The translations under genes and the position numbers were made by a program. The notes below the pieces were generated by a model. The model was given only the letters and a program-made list of their open reading frames with translations, had not been told where the DNA came from and made no database searches. A stretch of DNA of 63,905 nucleotides, the filler included, from Folioceros fuciformis (taxonomy: Eukaryota), in assembly GCA_049999805.1 (NCBI GenBank). It is 12 parts of 12 records of this genome, joined end to end, with 100 filler letters (N's around TTAATTAATTAA, not from the genome) between each part and the next. Parts side by side here need not be neighbours in the genome. Positions count along the whole stretch, not along the records: positions 1 to 11,565 come from JBNGIO010003973.1; positions 11,666 to 13,862 come from JBNGIO010003974.1; positions 13,963 to 20,367 come from JBNGIO010003975.1; positions 20,468 to 22,894 come from JBNGIO010003976.1; positions 22,995 to 25,204 come from JBNGIO010003977.1; 7 more parts are not named here. One strand, 5' to 3'. This document shows, in pieces, positions 11,245 to 24,249 of the stretch (its first letter is position 1; every line of letters starts with the position of its first letter).

Positions 11245-11558
11245 ATGTCGATGTCAGTGGCATCGTTGCTTGTAGTTTTAGTATCATCAGCTTGTCTCTG
11301 GCCCATCAGCAATGCTTCTGTGGCAGAAGGTATGAATTTGAGCTCGGCAGGCTCGGGTTGTGCTAGTACTGTCTACCATGTGGGGAACAGCACCAGGTCG
11401 CTTGATCCTTGAAACGCTTGGCCTGCAGGAGAAGTATTGCTGAATTTGAGCAGGCAGTGGGTGAATGTAGAGTTCCCGAGCTGGGTGGCTGGTGGGGATC
11501 CCTGTGGAATCTTGCCGTGGGAGAATGTTACGTGCGAAGATGGATATGTTACTACACT
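11245..11558 (+). CDS. 5' fragment of an LRR receptor-like kinase/protein (signal peptide + LRRNT cap); exons 11245-11329 and 11429-~11558
   Basis: Hydrophobic leader MSMSVASLLVVLVSSACLWPIS. GT-AG intron 11330-11428 keeps the frame. Exon 2 reads SWVAGGDPCGILPWENVTCEDGYVTTL (W..DPC...W..VTC). Cut by the scaffold end. Confidence 0.8.
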
Positions 11559-11565
11559 GTTAAGT

Positions 11566-11665
11566 NNNNNNNNNNNNNNNNNNNNNNNNNNNNNNNNNNN
11601 NNNNNNNNNTTAATTAATTAANNNNNNNNNNNNNNNNNNNNNNNNNNNNNNNNNNNNNNNNNNNN
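11566..11665. other. Artificial scaffold spacer N44-TTAATTAATTAA-N44; 12-mer also at 13907, 20412, 22939, 25249, 27451, 32165, 37235, 43140, 52433, 61558
   Basis: Identical six-frame stop linker embedded in Ns, 11 times. Confidence 0.99.
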
Positions 11666-11712
11666 AGACTAAACACATTAGTCTAGGCACATTGGGCTTT
11701 AATAACCCTACA
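11666..11712 (-). mobile_element. Truncated 5' end of family A LTR
   Basis: Near-exact reverse complement of tgtagggttattaaagcccaatgtgcttagactaatgtgtttagtct. Confidence 0.85.
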
Positions 11713-12332
11713 CATTGAGCTCTGCAAGAGCGTATCCTCATGTCTAGATAATTCTTTGCACACCAAAGGATGCTAAAGCTGAGATTAGAAGGAGCTTGAG
11801 CTCAATTGACTATCGGATTCCTTCTTCTATGTTGTCTTCGTCTACGCCAATGTTGAAGGAGAGCATGGTGTTGAATGTCTACGAAGGTCTCCCTGGCTGC
11901 AGCTTGAGCTGCGGATAATCAATTTTTTTTCTTCGCGAAAAAAAAAAAGAATGTCTGCTAAGGTCTTCAAGGCATGCTCTTCCACAACAATCAAGATGAC
12001 TGGTCCGTCATGTGGTAAGGAAAACTCATATAAGTATCGTTCCAATAGATCCAATAAGTTAGCCAAAATACAAAAATTGTGCTACACACAACAAGCAGCT
12101 ATCGCCTTCGTTGCATATTGCACATGGACATTGAGGTTCTTAAGGATNNNNNNNNNNNNNNNNNNNNNNNNNNNNNNNNNNNNNNNNNNNNNNNNNNNNN
12201 NNNNNNNNNNNNNNNNNNNNNNNNNNNNNNNNNNNNNNNNNNNNNNNTTTTAATAAAATAAAAAAATTGAGAAGTGCTCGGCTTGTCCGTCCCCTGCCAC
12301 CCAATTGGCAAGTGCGAGGGGCTGGTACGGCA

Positions 12333-12430
12333 ATTGGCCGACCGCACCTGCCGCGGGCTGTGAGCCACTCCCTGTGGGCAGTTGGCCAGCCGCACCTGCC
12401 GCGGGCTGTGAGCCACTCCCCCCACGGGGA
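12333..12430. repeat. Two tandem GC-rich ~48-bp units
   Basis: ccgcacctgccgcgggctgtgagccactccc occurs twice. Confidence 0.85.
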
Positions 12431-13962
12431 GAACGCGTCATTTTCGGCGCTCACCTTTGCGCCCGCTCCACTCCGCTCTTCTCGCGCGAATCCAGCTGCT
12501 TTGCGTTCCGGCTAAGCTCCGTGCCGCGCGCTACAGGCTTTTGCGTTGCGCCCAGTTTCAGGTTGCAACGTGTTGCGAGTGAGTGCTACCCTTAGGGCCG
12601 GATTGCTGCTGGTGTACTATTGCAATCTATTGGTGACCGCTATCGCCCACCTATAAATGCTGATGGGTGTCCCAATGTCTATTGTTATGTGTGCAGATTT
12701 GTTGTCCTGCTACCAGGTGCGCTTCGGTGCGGGTGCTGTAGTGTGCCCCCCCGCAGTCCGTGCCGGGGCAATTACTGAAAAGAATATGGCCAGAAAAACA
12801 TCGGCACACGCTCTTCGTGTGGCCAAAAGAAGAAAAATGGCAGCAATGCGTGAAAGGGAGGCACTTAGCAAGGAGGCTGCCCGTGCTCGCATGTATTGGT
12901 ACCGTTAACATGTGGTGTTTTTGTAGATAACCCTACACATGAAGACTCAGGAGTCGTGTCTGCACAATATCCAGGATATGATAACTTCGATGTCGAAGAA
13001 GATGATAAGTCGGAGGAGTCATGGGGCGCCATGAAGGGTGATGTGACCTCCCAGCTGGCTGTATGTGAGGGGAGCCTAAGCTAGAGGTCGCACCCAAGTG
13101 CAAATAGCCCCCACCTTGAAGAGGTAGAGGCTAGCAAAGGGGAGCCTCTTATGAAAAAAGAGAACGATGGAAATGAGAAGAGTGAGTAGGAAGATAGGTA
13201 GGGGTACCTATATATGTAAGCTAAAAAGCTAGCATATTTCCTAATAAAAATCTACTTCTATTGTAGGTATAGATAAATGTGTAGCACAAGCTTTGTGAGG
13301 TTTGCCATACCACTACAAGTGACCCAAGGAAAAACAAGTACAAAAAGGAAAGTACCAGCTTCCTATCTACCAGCTGGGAATCTATTTAAGGCTACCTACA
13401 TGATATTTCCAGATGACCATGAGGCTCCTATGGAGTATATATGTGACAAGAAAGGAATAAAAATGATGTGGCTAGGTGCATCCCCATGTGAAGAATATGG
13501 AAGACATATTAAACACCTATATAGTAAGTGTCCTAACCACTTAACTAAGTTATTCACATCATTTTTGTCACTTAACCAATGAACTTTGATGTAGGATCCT
13601 TTTGGGCATTAGAGAGAGAGTAAGGAGTATAGTGAAGACTACTTAGAGTTATCTATGTGGTTTATAATTAGATAAACTTGACAGTTAGATTAGATTTATA
13701 TCTATTGTTTTATTTTCTAACATCTCACGTATGTAATGATATTCAACAGCTATCAGTCCTAGAGTGGAAGACAAGGTTTCTAGCTAAGGCTATTGCTCCC
13801 TGACTATCACTGAACAGAGGTGTGGGCTCATTTTGAGGATAACACAACTCACTCAATGCTAANNNNNNNNNNNNNNNNNNNNNNNNNNNNNNNNNNNNNN
13901 NNNNNNTTAATTAATTAANNNNNNNNNNNNNNNNNNNNNNNNNNNNNNNNNNNNNNNNNNNN

Positions 13963-16050
13963 TTCCCCAAGGTAGCAAATAACACCTTCTCATTCTTGGC
14001 TCTTTGATGCTGCCCCCCAAGTCTATGGTGGGATTGCTCTTCATGAAAGAGTGCACCAGTAAGCTCGCTGAATGTAAGTGTTTGTGTCTGCCCAACGGAG
14101 ACTGCAGCCACAGAAAATCTCAAGGCAGCTTTCTGGGTTGAAACAAAACTCTGATAAGGGGGAGGAAGGCTGGACAGTAGCTGAGCAACCACTTCGTTCT
14201 CAGTAAGTACACTGCCCAGAGAAGCTAATTGAGCTCTTAACACCCTGAAGCGACTGATATGTACAGCAATAGAATCACCTTCTTTCATCCTCAAAGAATG
14301 GAATTCATTCCTAGCAGCAACCAGAGTAAGGATGTTCTGCACCTGATAAGTTTCTTTGAGCTGATTCCACACTGCTGCTGCAGACTCTAAGTATTCAACT
14401 TCTGTCACCGTGGCTTCATCCAGGCCAGATAGAAGAATAGCAAAGGCAATTTTGTTGCCTTTGTTCCACATAGCAATCTCATCAGCAGTTGGTTGGACCA
14501 GGGCTGATGCTGGAGTCTTGCGAGGATCAGGCATAGTACCATTAACGTACTCCCACACATCCCACGCATCCAGGTAGGCCTTCATCCGAGCTCGCCAACC
14601 CTCATATCTGGTTGGTTTTCCATCGAACCGATCCTTTTCTTTGAACTCTCCTCCATAGCCACTAGGAACATTAGTAGGAATAGAAGATGACACAATCGTG
14701 TTAGCCATAACTGCAGCTAACTGAGGTTGTGCTAACTGAATTGCCATTGTGACTTGTGAGGGATGGTTCAACAAGCCTACATCGTCAACAAAGTCTGATG
14801 CTAAGACTAGCCGAGCTAACGACTCAGACAAAGAATCAAGATCTAAGTTGTCCTCATCCATCCATCAAGCACAAGGGCCGGTTAGACTTTCTCCGCTGTT
14901 CCATGTTAAGTTTCAGCCGGCAATGTCAAGAGCCAACAAAAAAACAACAACTTAAATTAGTGAAACGATAAGCCAGTCTATAGACGCAAACCGGTACTNN
15001 NNNNNNNNNNNNNNNNNNNNNNNNNNNNNNNNNNNNNNNNNNNNNNNNNNNNNNNNNNNNNNNNNNNNNNNNNNNNNNNNNNNNNNNNNNNNNNNNNNAG
15101 ACATTCCAGGCACCAAAACGACACCAGCCGCACTCGCGTCTGTCCAGATCTGCACCGAATTTCTCACAGCGGAGGCTTGTTGTAGTGACACATGGGCACA
15201 GGCGTATGTGATACATGATACGCCTCGCCAGATCCTCGCAACAGGCAGGAGCAGACACGAATTGCCTATGAAGCTTGTACCAAGATGCTATCTTCACCAA
15301 AAACTTCAATCAATTCAGCAATTCTGACCGCAAAACTGTCTAACCATCTCTCATGTTTGATTTGGCTGGCTGTCCAGCAAACGCCTGAGGAGGAACTCAA
15401 TGGATTCAAGGCGAGAAATTAGTGTCGATAGCACAGCGTCAGATATTTTATGTCTGAGAACTTTGCGAACAACTTTGCTTGAATGAAATCCAGTATTTTG
15501 TCGCCTCTTAGAGTCACCAAAGTAATTTTGTCGTATAGGGTAGCCACCCTGTTTACTGACTCGATCAGGCCTACTGAAATCACAGCGCTGTCTCCACCAA
15601 AAATGAGGCAGCAAATCCTCATTAAGCCGCCTCCCGCCTCGTGCCATCGAACCAGCAACTCAGAATCATCAAACACTAGAATGAATTTTCCCTTGAATTC
15701 CTCATTCAAAAGAAACTAAACACAAAAGCATCTACATGAGATGTATATTTCCAAGCATATATAGACACAGCTTATATATGCACAAATATCAATATCCAAG
15801 GACTAGAAAAACCATGACTAGTACTCGACAGCATTTTTCAAGGTCTAAGGAATTTTTGTGTCTAAAAAAAAGACCATGGCTCTGATACCATGTCAAAGTT
15901 GCGGAAGCATGAAAACTAAAAATAGAAAATAATCAATTAAAATATTACATAGGTGGTATTTTAAAGGTTTATGACTAACCCTGGTTAACTAACCCGTGTC
16001 TTGGTTAAATAACCCATGTTGGGTTAATCTCATTAATAGCCAGCTACCGA
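13963..16050 (-). mobile_element. Ty1/copia 5' portion: LTR end, tRNA-Met PBS (15879-15890) and gag ORF (13963-14861)
   Basis: Minus strand reads ...TGACA TGGTATCAGAGCC. gag has EFKEKDRFDG..YEGWRARM, LRMKEGDSI and LLSSLPPPY. Left boundary of the LTR is uncertain. Confidence 0.85.
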
Positions 16051-16627
16051 GCTTTGGCTGACGCCCTACCACATCAACCAAGACTGCTCATCTTGATCCC
16101 TTTCCGGCTCTTGCTCAGGCTACAACAACGCTGATAGCGTCCGCCCCGGAGCCACCGTTCTAGCCTGCCCCAGGATCGGACATGCCCCAGCTCTCCAGAG
16201 TCTTGTCGGGGTACCATGTGAGAGACACGGCTGCCACAGCCAGGAGAATGGTGGCCGGGCATGCCAGGTACTCCATCCATCCCCATCGCCGATTTGCTGC
16301 CTACAGCATCTCCCAAAATGTCCTCAGGTACGAGCTTGAGCTTGAGCCTCCGCAGCGGCGGCGGCATCTGCAACACCATCACCTCACGTCGGCCCACGCT
16401 GCCCCTGCTCAACATCGCCACCCTTGCTCGGCGGATCCCCGTGCACCCTCCAGCCACACGGGTAATCCCTCCCAACGGGCTCTCCTAGCCCTAGTGCCCT
16501 GTAGCGGTGCTCCAAGCTCTCGGTCTCAATACCCTGAGTCAAGGCCTTAGCCAGACAGAGTGAATGCAGCAAGGTGACGGCACCTATGGCAATGGGGTAG
16601 GCTATTTACCTACGACAATGGGTGGGA

Positions 16628-16812
16628 ATGGTAGGGAACCTACCTAGGAGAAGAGGGGTAGGGAACCTACCTAGGAGAAGAGGCGTAGGGAACCTACCTA
16701 GGAGAAGAGGGGTAGGGAACCTACCTACAAGAAGAGGGGTAGGGAACCTACCTAGGAGAAGAGGGGTAGGGAACCTACCTACAAGAAGAGGGGTAGGGAA
16801 CCTACCTACGAA
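16628..16812. repeat. 27-bp minisatellite (ggggtagggaacctacctaggagaaga), about 7 copies, in probable retroelement sequence
   Basis: Direct tandem copies; translates as GVGNLPRRR repeats. Confidence 0.93.
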
Positions 16813-17599
16813 GGGAGCAATAGGGACCCTACCTTTGAAGGGGACATCCTCACCCTACGTAGGGAAGGAACCTCAAGTTGAAGAACAAGTGGATCCCTTC
16901 CCTACCAAACCTGTAGGTGGTGGTGAAGGGATATCCCAAGAGATCCACACAGAGGAAGGTACGGTGGAAGTTCATGGATCCAAAAGAAGACGAATCCCAA
17001 TAATGGAGGGGGGCCCAGTAGCTCAACCTTCATACTATGCCTCCCTTCAGGAGCCATCCTAGCCACACCTTTTTGAGAAGTGGGTCAACGAATCTTCTAT
17101 GGCGGCACCGACAGTCCTAATCTTCATCGACGCACTGCCCTAGCAATTATTGGTAGGACTTAGCCTCTTGGTAGGTGTGCGTAGTTAAAGTTGGTGGCAC
17201 CTAGTGTGAGAGAAGGGTAGCCCACCACCTACATGTAGGAGAGGGTTCATGTGTCGATCTCTCCTATAAGAAGGGAGGGGCTACACAAAGAAATGAACCA
17301 CCACATTCTGCACTCTTCTCATGGCAAGTTCTCATGCTCAGCAGAGCATAGGAATCTCGTTGCCGGCTGTGTGCCATCACAGCGCTTGGTTGTGGCTAGA
17401 GTTGCAGTGGTCGAAGTGCTTGGCGGAGGGCTCATATTCTTCCATGGGCACCCCTGCAAGTTGCTTCCTTTGTGAATGGTTGTCTTGCTGCTGTAGGTGT
17501 GTGGCAATACCTGTGTGGCTGTTGGCTTGAGGGTAGACTCCAGGGAAAGACTTCCTGGAAGTTCTCGCTAACAAGCGCAAGCACGCAACAACCAGCCTA

Positions 17600-18170
17600 A
17601 GGGAAAACTTGTTGGTCATTGGACGTAGGGAGACGAGCAGCTGGATCGTTGTGGAAGGTGTTGTGAGGAGACTTGTGAGGAAGGGGTGTTGGGTGTAGGT
17701 AGCTAGAAATCGGTAGGGGAAGGTACTGGGGCCCTTCCAAGTGAAGGAATGGTGCCTTCCTACCGACCGAACGTGTTGAAAGTATGCACTAGGAAAGGTT
17801 GAATGTCGAAGGTGAGCGATAAACACAGTTGGGGGCAGCAGAGCAGGCTCAGATGAAAACTTGGTCGTTGGGCGTAGGGAGACAAGCAGCTAGATTGTGG
17901 GTTGAGGAAGGTGTTGTAGGGAGCCTTGTGAGGAAAAGGTATTGAGTGTAGGGAGGTAGAAATTGGTAGGGGAGGTATTGGGGCTCTTCCAAGTGAAGGA
18001 ATGGTGCCTACCTACTGATTGGGCGTGTTGTAGGATTGGTAGGTACGTGATTGGGAGGTAGAAATCGGTAGGGGGAGGTACTAGGGCCCTTCCAAGTGAA
18101 GGAATGGTGCCTACCTATTGACTGGACATGTTGCAGGATTGGTAGGTGCGTGATTGGGAGGGTTGACTAT
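17600..18170. repeat. Diverged ~110-230-bp direct repeats
   Basis: agaaatcggtagggg...cttccaagtgaaggaatggtgcct recurs three times. Confidence 0.75.
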
Positions 18171-18299
18171 TGTAGGGGAACGATATACGTAGCTGACCAG
18201 GCTCAGAGGGAGCGATTCCGGGGAAGCCTACAACGACCGTGGAATTGATGTGGCCACGATACATGTGAGTGGGTGCCTGGTAGAGATACCATACCCACT

Positions 18300-20330
18300 T
18301 GCCCACACTAGGCTTGAAGCAGAGGCCATAATTTGGAGTACCTTTGAGGTACCACATGATGCGCTTAAGAGCAACCCAGTGATCCTTTCCTGGATTCTCT
18401 GAGAATTGAGCAACAGCATTTACAGTATTTGAGATATCCGGTCTGGTTCGATTACTCAAGAACATGAGAGTACCAACTCCCATACGATAAGAAATATTTT
18501 CCATCTCTTTCTTTTCCTGTTATGATTGTGGACAGGTAGCAGATCAAAGCTTAACACCTACGGTGGTAGGTGTGGCTGCCGCACGTGCATGCTCCAAATT
18601 GAAGCGTTTTAATATACTAGCTACATATCTTCCTTGATGGAGATAGATAGCACCAGTGGTATCTCTATGTACATGAATTCCAAGAATATATTTAACTTTG
18701 CCGAGATCCTTCATCTCGAATTCTTTACTAAGGTCAGCTTTAATCTTGTTAACTAGTTCAATATTGTTGCCAGGAATAACTAAGTCATCGATATATAAGG
18801 CAACCAGTACAAGGGAGCTGTTCTTGCGAAGTACATAGATATTGGTGTCTGCTTCACTTTGGATAAAACTTATCTTCTTGAGGTAAGACTCCATTCTCTC
18901 ATACTATAAACGTGGGCTTTGCTTTAGTCCGTAAATAGAACGAATAAGTTTACACACCTTGTTTGGGTATTGCTTATCTTCATAGTCTTCTGGTTGATCC
19001 ATGCAGATCTCTTCTTGCAGATGACCATAAAAGAAAGTAGTATAAACATCAAGCTGATAAATTTCCAGATTAAGCTTGGCACATAAAGCCAAGAGCATTC
19101 TCATGGAAGTAGCCTTGACTACAGGTGAATACACCTTATCGCCCTGATAGTCCACTCCCTCGTTCTGACTATAACCCTTAGCCACTAGTCTCACCTTATA
19201 ACGAATACGAGGTTCAACCTCCTGGAATTTAGTTTTGAGAATCCACTTGCATTTGATAGTAGTTCTGCCTTTCGACAAGTTTCCTAGAGTCCAGGTATTG
19301 TTTTTGATAAGAGAATTATATTCATCATCAATAGCGAACTTCCACTTAGCTGCATCAGGTCGCGAATATGCCTCTTGTACATTGAGGGGATCTCCCTTTG
19401 AAGGGGCAACACTAAAGGCATTGAAAAGACCTGCAGCAGTGGTGGTGTAGCCAGCTTGATTAAACTCTAAATCAAAGGGGATCTCATTTCAGAGGTGTCT
19501 CGATTGACGATGACACGAAGGATATCTTCGCTCAGGGGCTAGATCAAGTATCACAGGAGAAGGAAGAGCAGGAATAGTCTCTAGGTCTTGTGGATTATGA
19601 GCACCAAAGTCTTCTCTGTTTTCATAAGGATCAACAATGGCCTATTCACCTTCCCCCTCTCGAGCAGAAATAATAGGGATATGTGCTGCTTGAGGTGAAG
19701 AGGCCAGGGATGGAGCAGAAGGTGCAGGACCAAAGTCCGGATAACAGAGGGCTGAGTCAAAAACTCAGGAATAAGGTCACTTGGGTCGGAAGAAGCAGTG
19801 TCATTTGAAGCAGCCATGCCAGGACTCAAAGGGTGTCTGGCCAGGAACTGACTTGGAAAGAACCCTGTTGCGGAGATATGCCGCAGCATTAACTGCTTCG
19901 ACCTAGAAGGGTTTGGGGAGCTGAGCGCGAGCTAGCATGGCACAGGCCATGGCAAGCAGATCGCCGTTGGCCTTTTCAGCAACCCCATTCTACTGAGAAG
20001 TATAGGGAACCATAAACTGACAGATAATCCCCCTCTTAAGACAGAAGTCCTTAAATTGCCGGTTATTTTATTCTCCTACATTGTCAGATCTAATGCACCG
20101 AAGCTTGCAATCGGTTTGTAGCTTAGCCATAGTCACAAAAGGAGTAAAGGAGCCGAAGGAATCACTCTTCAACTTGAGCGGAATAGCAAAGGTATAGCGA
20201 CCATAGTCATCAACAATACTCATAAAGTGCAATGCGCCGCCAAGGGAAGGGACAGGGAGTGGACCACAAAGATCAACATGGACTAACTCCAAGGGCTAAG
20301 TAGCCCGACAGGCAGGTAAAGTAGGATAGG
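18300..20330 (-). mobile_element. Decayed Ty1/copia pol (integrase, RT, start of RNase H)
   Basis: ELVHVDLCGP, VDDYGRY, RSDNVGE; RYKVRLVAKGYSQ, QLDV, SIYGLKQSPR, LYIDDL, TRPDI. Order INT-RT is copia. Confidence 0.93.
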
Positions 20331-20367
20331 TGTGAACCTCCAAAGTTTGGGGTAGTGGTTTGTTGGT
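20331..20367 (+). mobile_element. Terminus of repeat family B (TGTGAACCTCCAAAGTTTGGGGTAG...)
   Basis: Same start at 24952 and 61169; interrupts the copia frame. Confidence 0.75.
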
Positions 20368-20840
20368 NNNNNNNNNNNNNNNNNNNNNNNNNNNNNNNNN
20401 NNNNNNNNNNNTTAATTAATTAANNNNNNNNNNNNNNNNNNNNNNNNNNNNNNNNNNNNNNNNNNNNGGACCAGACAATGTTCTTGTCTCGACCGCGGCG
20501 GTGAGGATGTGTCTTGTCCGAGTGAACCTTCAGGCGGTTGTTTCCTTTTGACATGACATCAAGAACGAACGGCAAAGCAAGGCGCCTACGTTTGTGGAAT
20601 TCTCTTCAGTCTCGGCATCTAGATTTCCGAAGATGCTTTCTGGAGAACGCGCCNNNNNNNNNNNNNNNNNNNNNNNNNNNNNNNNNNNNNNNNNNNNNNN
20701 NNNNNNNNNNNNNNNNNNNNNNNNNNNNNNNNNNNNNNNNNNNNNNNNNNNNNTCTCTCTGAGGTGACCAATGTGAGGTTGTCGGCCTGATCAATCGACA
20801 TATCTCCCATTTTGCTCCCTCAGATTAACAGTCAGACACG

Positions 20841-22894
20841 ATGTCAGTCGAGCGCCGACGCGGAGGGCAAGGTGATCTCAGTGCAGGAGGAGGAGGCTTT
20901 GGAGAAGGTGGCAGCGGGAGCGCGGGAGGCACTCTAGACAGTTCTCCCCCTCCGACTCCCTTTGCCGTCTTACCTCAGCCTACTTATGTTGCTGAATTCA
21001 AAGAGCGTGATCGCTTCAATGGTACCAAGTTTGAAAGCTGGCGTGTTCGTATGACTGCAGCCCTGCAAGCAAGACATGTGTGGGGTGTGGTAGATGGGAC
21101 AATTACGAAGCCGTCAATAACTTCCACATCAGAGGAGAAATCAAGGTGGGAGAACCTGAATAGTGTCGCTCGTGCGGTATTGATCAGTGGTCTCGATGAA
21201 GTTCTCCTCCCAGATGTGGCATTTATTTCTAAGGCTGAGGACATATGGAACCAACTGCTGCAAACTTATGAAGTAAAGAACATTCTCACCATGTGTGCTG
21301 TGAGAGGCGAGCTCTTTTCTCTACGACTCAAAGAGGGAGAAAAAGTTTCACCTTTCATTCTTCGTTTTCGTCAGCTTCGAGCACAATTGATCCATCTGGG
21401 TTCATCGTTTCCAGATTTGGATGCTGTTGCTCAGTTACTTACTAGTCTGCCTCCTAGCTACCAACCGTTCGTGTCCAGCTATGGGTCTACCCTCCGTGAA
21501 GCTGACAGAGCTGTTGCCTTAGGTCTTCCTTCGCGCATCAATTTCACTGATGTGGTCGGTGCTTTGCTGCAAGAGGAGCAAAGCCGTGTTAGTTCCACAC
21601 AGCATACGGGACGCACAAAACTTGACAAGGTCCTGTATGCTAAGAACAAGAACACACGAGGCAGATTTTCACCTGGTGCTTCAACTTCGAAGCCTTCAAC
21701 TTCCCAGAAACGAGTAGGTGCATGCAATTGGTGCGGTATCCAAGGACACTGGGAAAGAGAATGTAGGAAGAAGAAATCTGGTGAGCCCCGTCGAGTTGAG
21801 AAGCCTGTTCGTCCGGCTGAAGCTCACGTGACTGCAACCCGAGATCGTTCTTCTTCCCTTTCCAGCAAACCTCCCGTTGTGATGACGGTTTGCTTGGCCT
21901 CCTCTCTCCCATCTCTTCCACACGTTTGGTACCTAGATTCAGGTGCAACCTCACACATTTGCAATGATAAATCGCGATTTACTCACTACCGGTCCTCATC
22001 TTTACGAGATAAGGTCCTCTTGGGTGATGAGATAACACGGACAGGTCTGTCCATCAGGGGGAGTGGCACTTGCCGTTTTCGTCTTCTTGATGGCTTAGTC
22101 CTTCACTTGGATCATGTGTTGCATGTTCCTCATATGGCTAAGAATCTCCTTTCTGTTAGCCAGCTTCTATCCTTGCATCAGCTTGACCTGTACTTCACTG
22201 CCATAGGATGTGTGTTAGTGAAGAAAGGGGGAGATAGACAAGAGGTCGTTGCTGATGGCAAATTAGTGCATGATCTTTATCAGATGAATCTAACATGCGT
22301 AACTAGGGATTCGATCAATTCAGCACGTCTTTCTCAAGCTGCTGTTGCTAGTCTTTGGCATGCCAGATTAGGTCATGCTAACCGTGATAAACTGATTAGG
22401 CTTTCTGGTCTTACCTGTTATAGGGAACCCCTGCCAAAATGTTTCCAGGATCTTCCTTTATGCGATGCATGCGTAGTTGCTAAACAAAAGGAGCTCCCCT
22501 TCCCTAGAACTGTCGCTCATCGTGCATCCAGTGTGTTAGAGTTGGTGCACGCTGATATATCTGGTAAGATACATATTCCTAGTTTGGGAGGAGCCCAGTA
22601 CTACTTTACACTTACGGATGATTATAGCAGGTATTCATGGACTTACCCCATCCGGTTGAAGTCCGATACTTTCAGTGTTTTTAAGGACTGGCTGCCTGTT
22701 GTTCAGAAGCAAACTGGTTGTTCCTTGAAGTGCCTCCGATCAGACAACGGGACAGAGTTCGTACACTCTCACTTTACCCAATTCCTTACTGATCATGGCA
22801 TACTTCGGCAGTTGATTATTCCCTACACCCAGCAACAGAACGGGGTCGCGGAAAGACGAAATCAAACACTGCTTGGAATGACAAGGAGTATGCT
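20841..22894 (+). mobile_element. Intact Ty1/copia gag-pol ORF, cut by the scaffold end
   Basis: More than 680 stop-free codons: gag, zinc knuckle CNWCGIQGHWEREC, protease WYLDSGATSH, LWHARLGH, integrase ELVHAD..DDYSRY..RSDNGTEF..QNGVAERRN. Confidence 0.96.
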
Positions 22895-24249
22895 NNNNNN
22901 NNNNNNNNNNNNNNNNNNNNNNNNNNNNNNNNNNNNNNTTAATTAATTAANNNNNNNNNNNNNNNNNNNNNNNNNNNNNNNNNNNNNNNNNNNNTTAAAT
23001 GCACAATCTAATGTACACTCATTTGAATGTAACCTACATCAGAAGCTCTAATACCATAAGAAATTACATGCAGATGTAGATTTATTATAAAAATAACATT
23101 GTATATATTCAAGAAAAAGAGAGTAAGTAAAACATTAAAACTTAAACTTAACTATTCATGAATGGGTGTGACTATTACTAACAGTCGTAACCCTAGCGAA
23201 GAGGTAAGTCATTTTAAACTATACACACAATATGAAACTGGATATAATATAACCCTNNNNNNNNNNNNNNNNNNNNNNNNNNNNNNNNNNNNNNNNNNNN
23301 NNNNNNNNNNNNNNNNNNNNNNNNNNNNNNNNNNNNNNNNNNNNNNNNNNNNNNNNACCGCCACTACCGTGTACAAGAGGCCAGTTTGAGGCCTCGGAAA
23401 AATGAGCAAGAAACCAGCTAGTCATTCCGACCTTGTGGAAGCCTAGCGATGGCCATTGCTAGACAGGAGGTCAAGCCAAGCGAGCGCACATAGTGTTCTG
23501 AGGGTGTCGGTGCAGGTGGTGGATCCTCAGTAATCAGAAATCGGGAATGAATCGGGAGGAGAGACCTCACCGAGTGGGAGACGAACTCCCCAGCTATTCC
23601 TGTGACGGTTTCGTGGAGTGGTAAAGGTGCTGGAGGCCAAATTCACGAGTTCGGAGTGAAAGTGGATACCCCTTCCCTTAGCCTCCGGTGACCCACCATT
23701 CCTTCAATTTTGGAGGGAAGAGAGGCCCTAGAAGGCGAGGTGGAGGAGAATGTCGAGAGTCATGAGTGGGTTGAAAAATGAGAGGGTGTGTGTAAGAGCG
23801 CTGATGAATGTTTGTTGGTGGAGAAAGAATGCAGGTCAGAGTGACTGATGTTGCGAAAGCGGTGAGCAGCCGTGGGTCGTGAGGGTGGCGGTGTTAGAAG
23901 GAAGGGGTTGTGTGCTTGAATAACTATGGTGATTGTGTGTGTGTAAGCCTAGGGTGTGGCGAGGGTTGAGCTGAGGAGTTGATCAGTAGGTGTGTGGCGC
24001 TGTGACGAGGTGGTCGTGGTTGACAAGAAAGTGCACGGAGTAAAAGGGTGTGACGAAAGCCAGATGTGCCTATGCGCTGAGACGGAATACCGTGAGGTAA
24101 AGAGATGATTGTATGTGTGTGAGATTGAGGCAAGGGGACACGCGAGTGGGTGTGTGAGACTGCTAAGGATGGGAGTAGAATATGGCAGTGGACGAGACGG
24201 CGCTGACTAATTAGGAGCCGTATATGAACGTGAACGAGTATATGAACTA

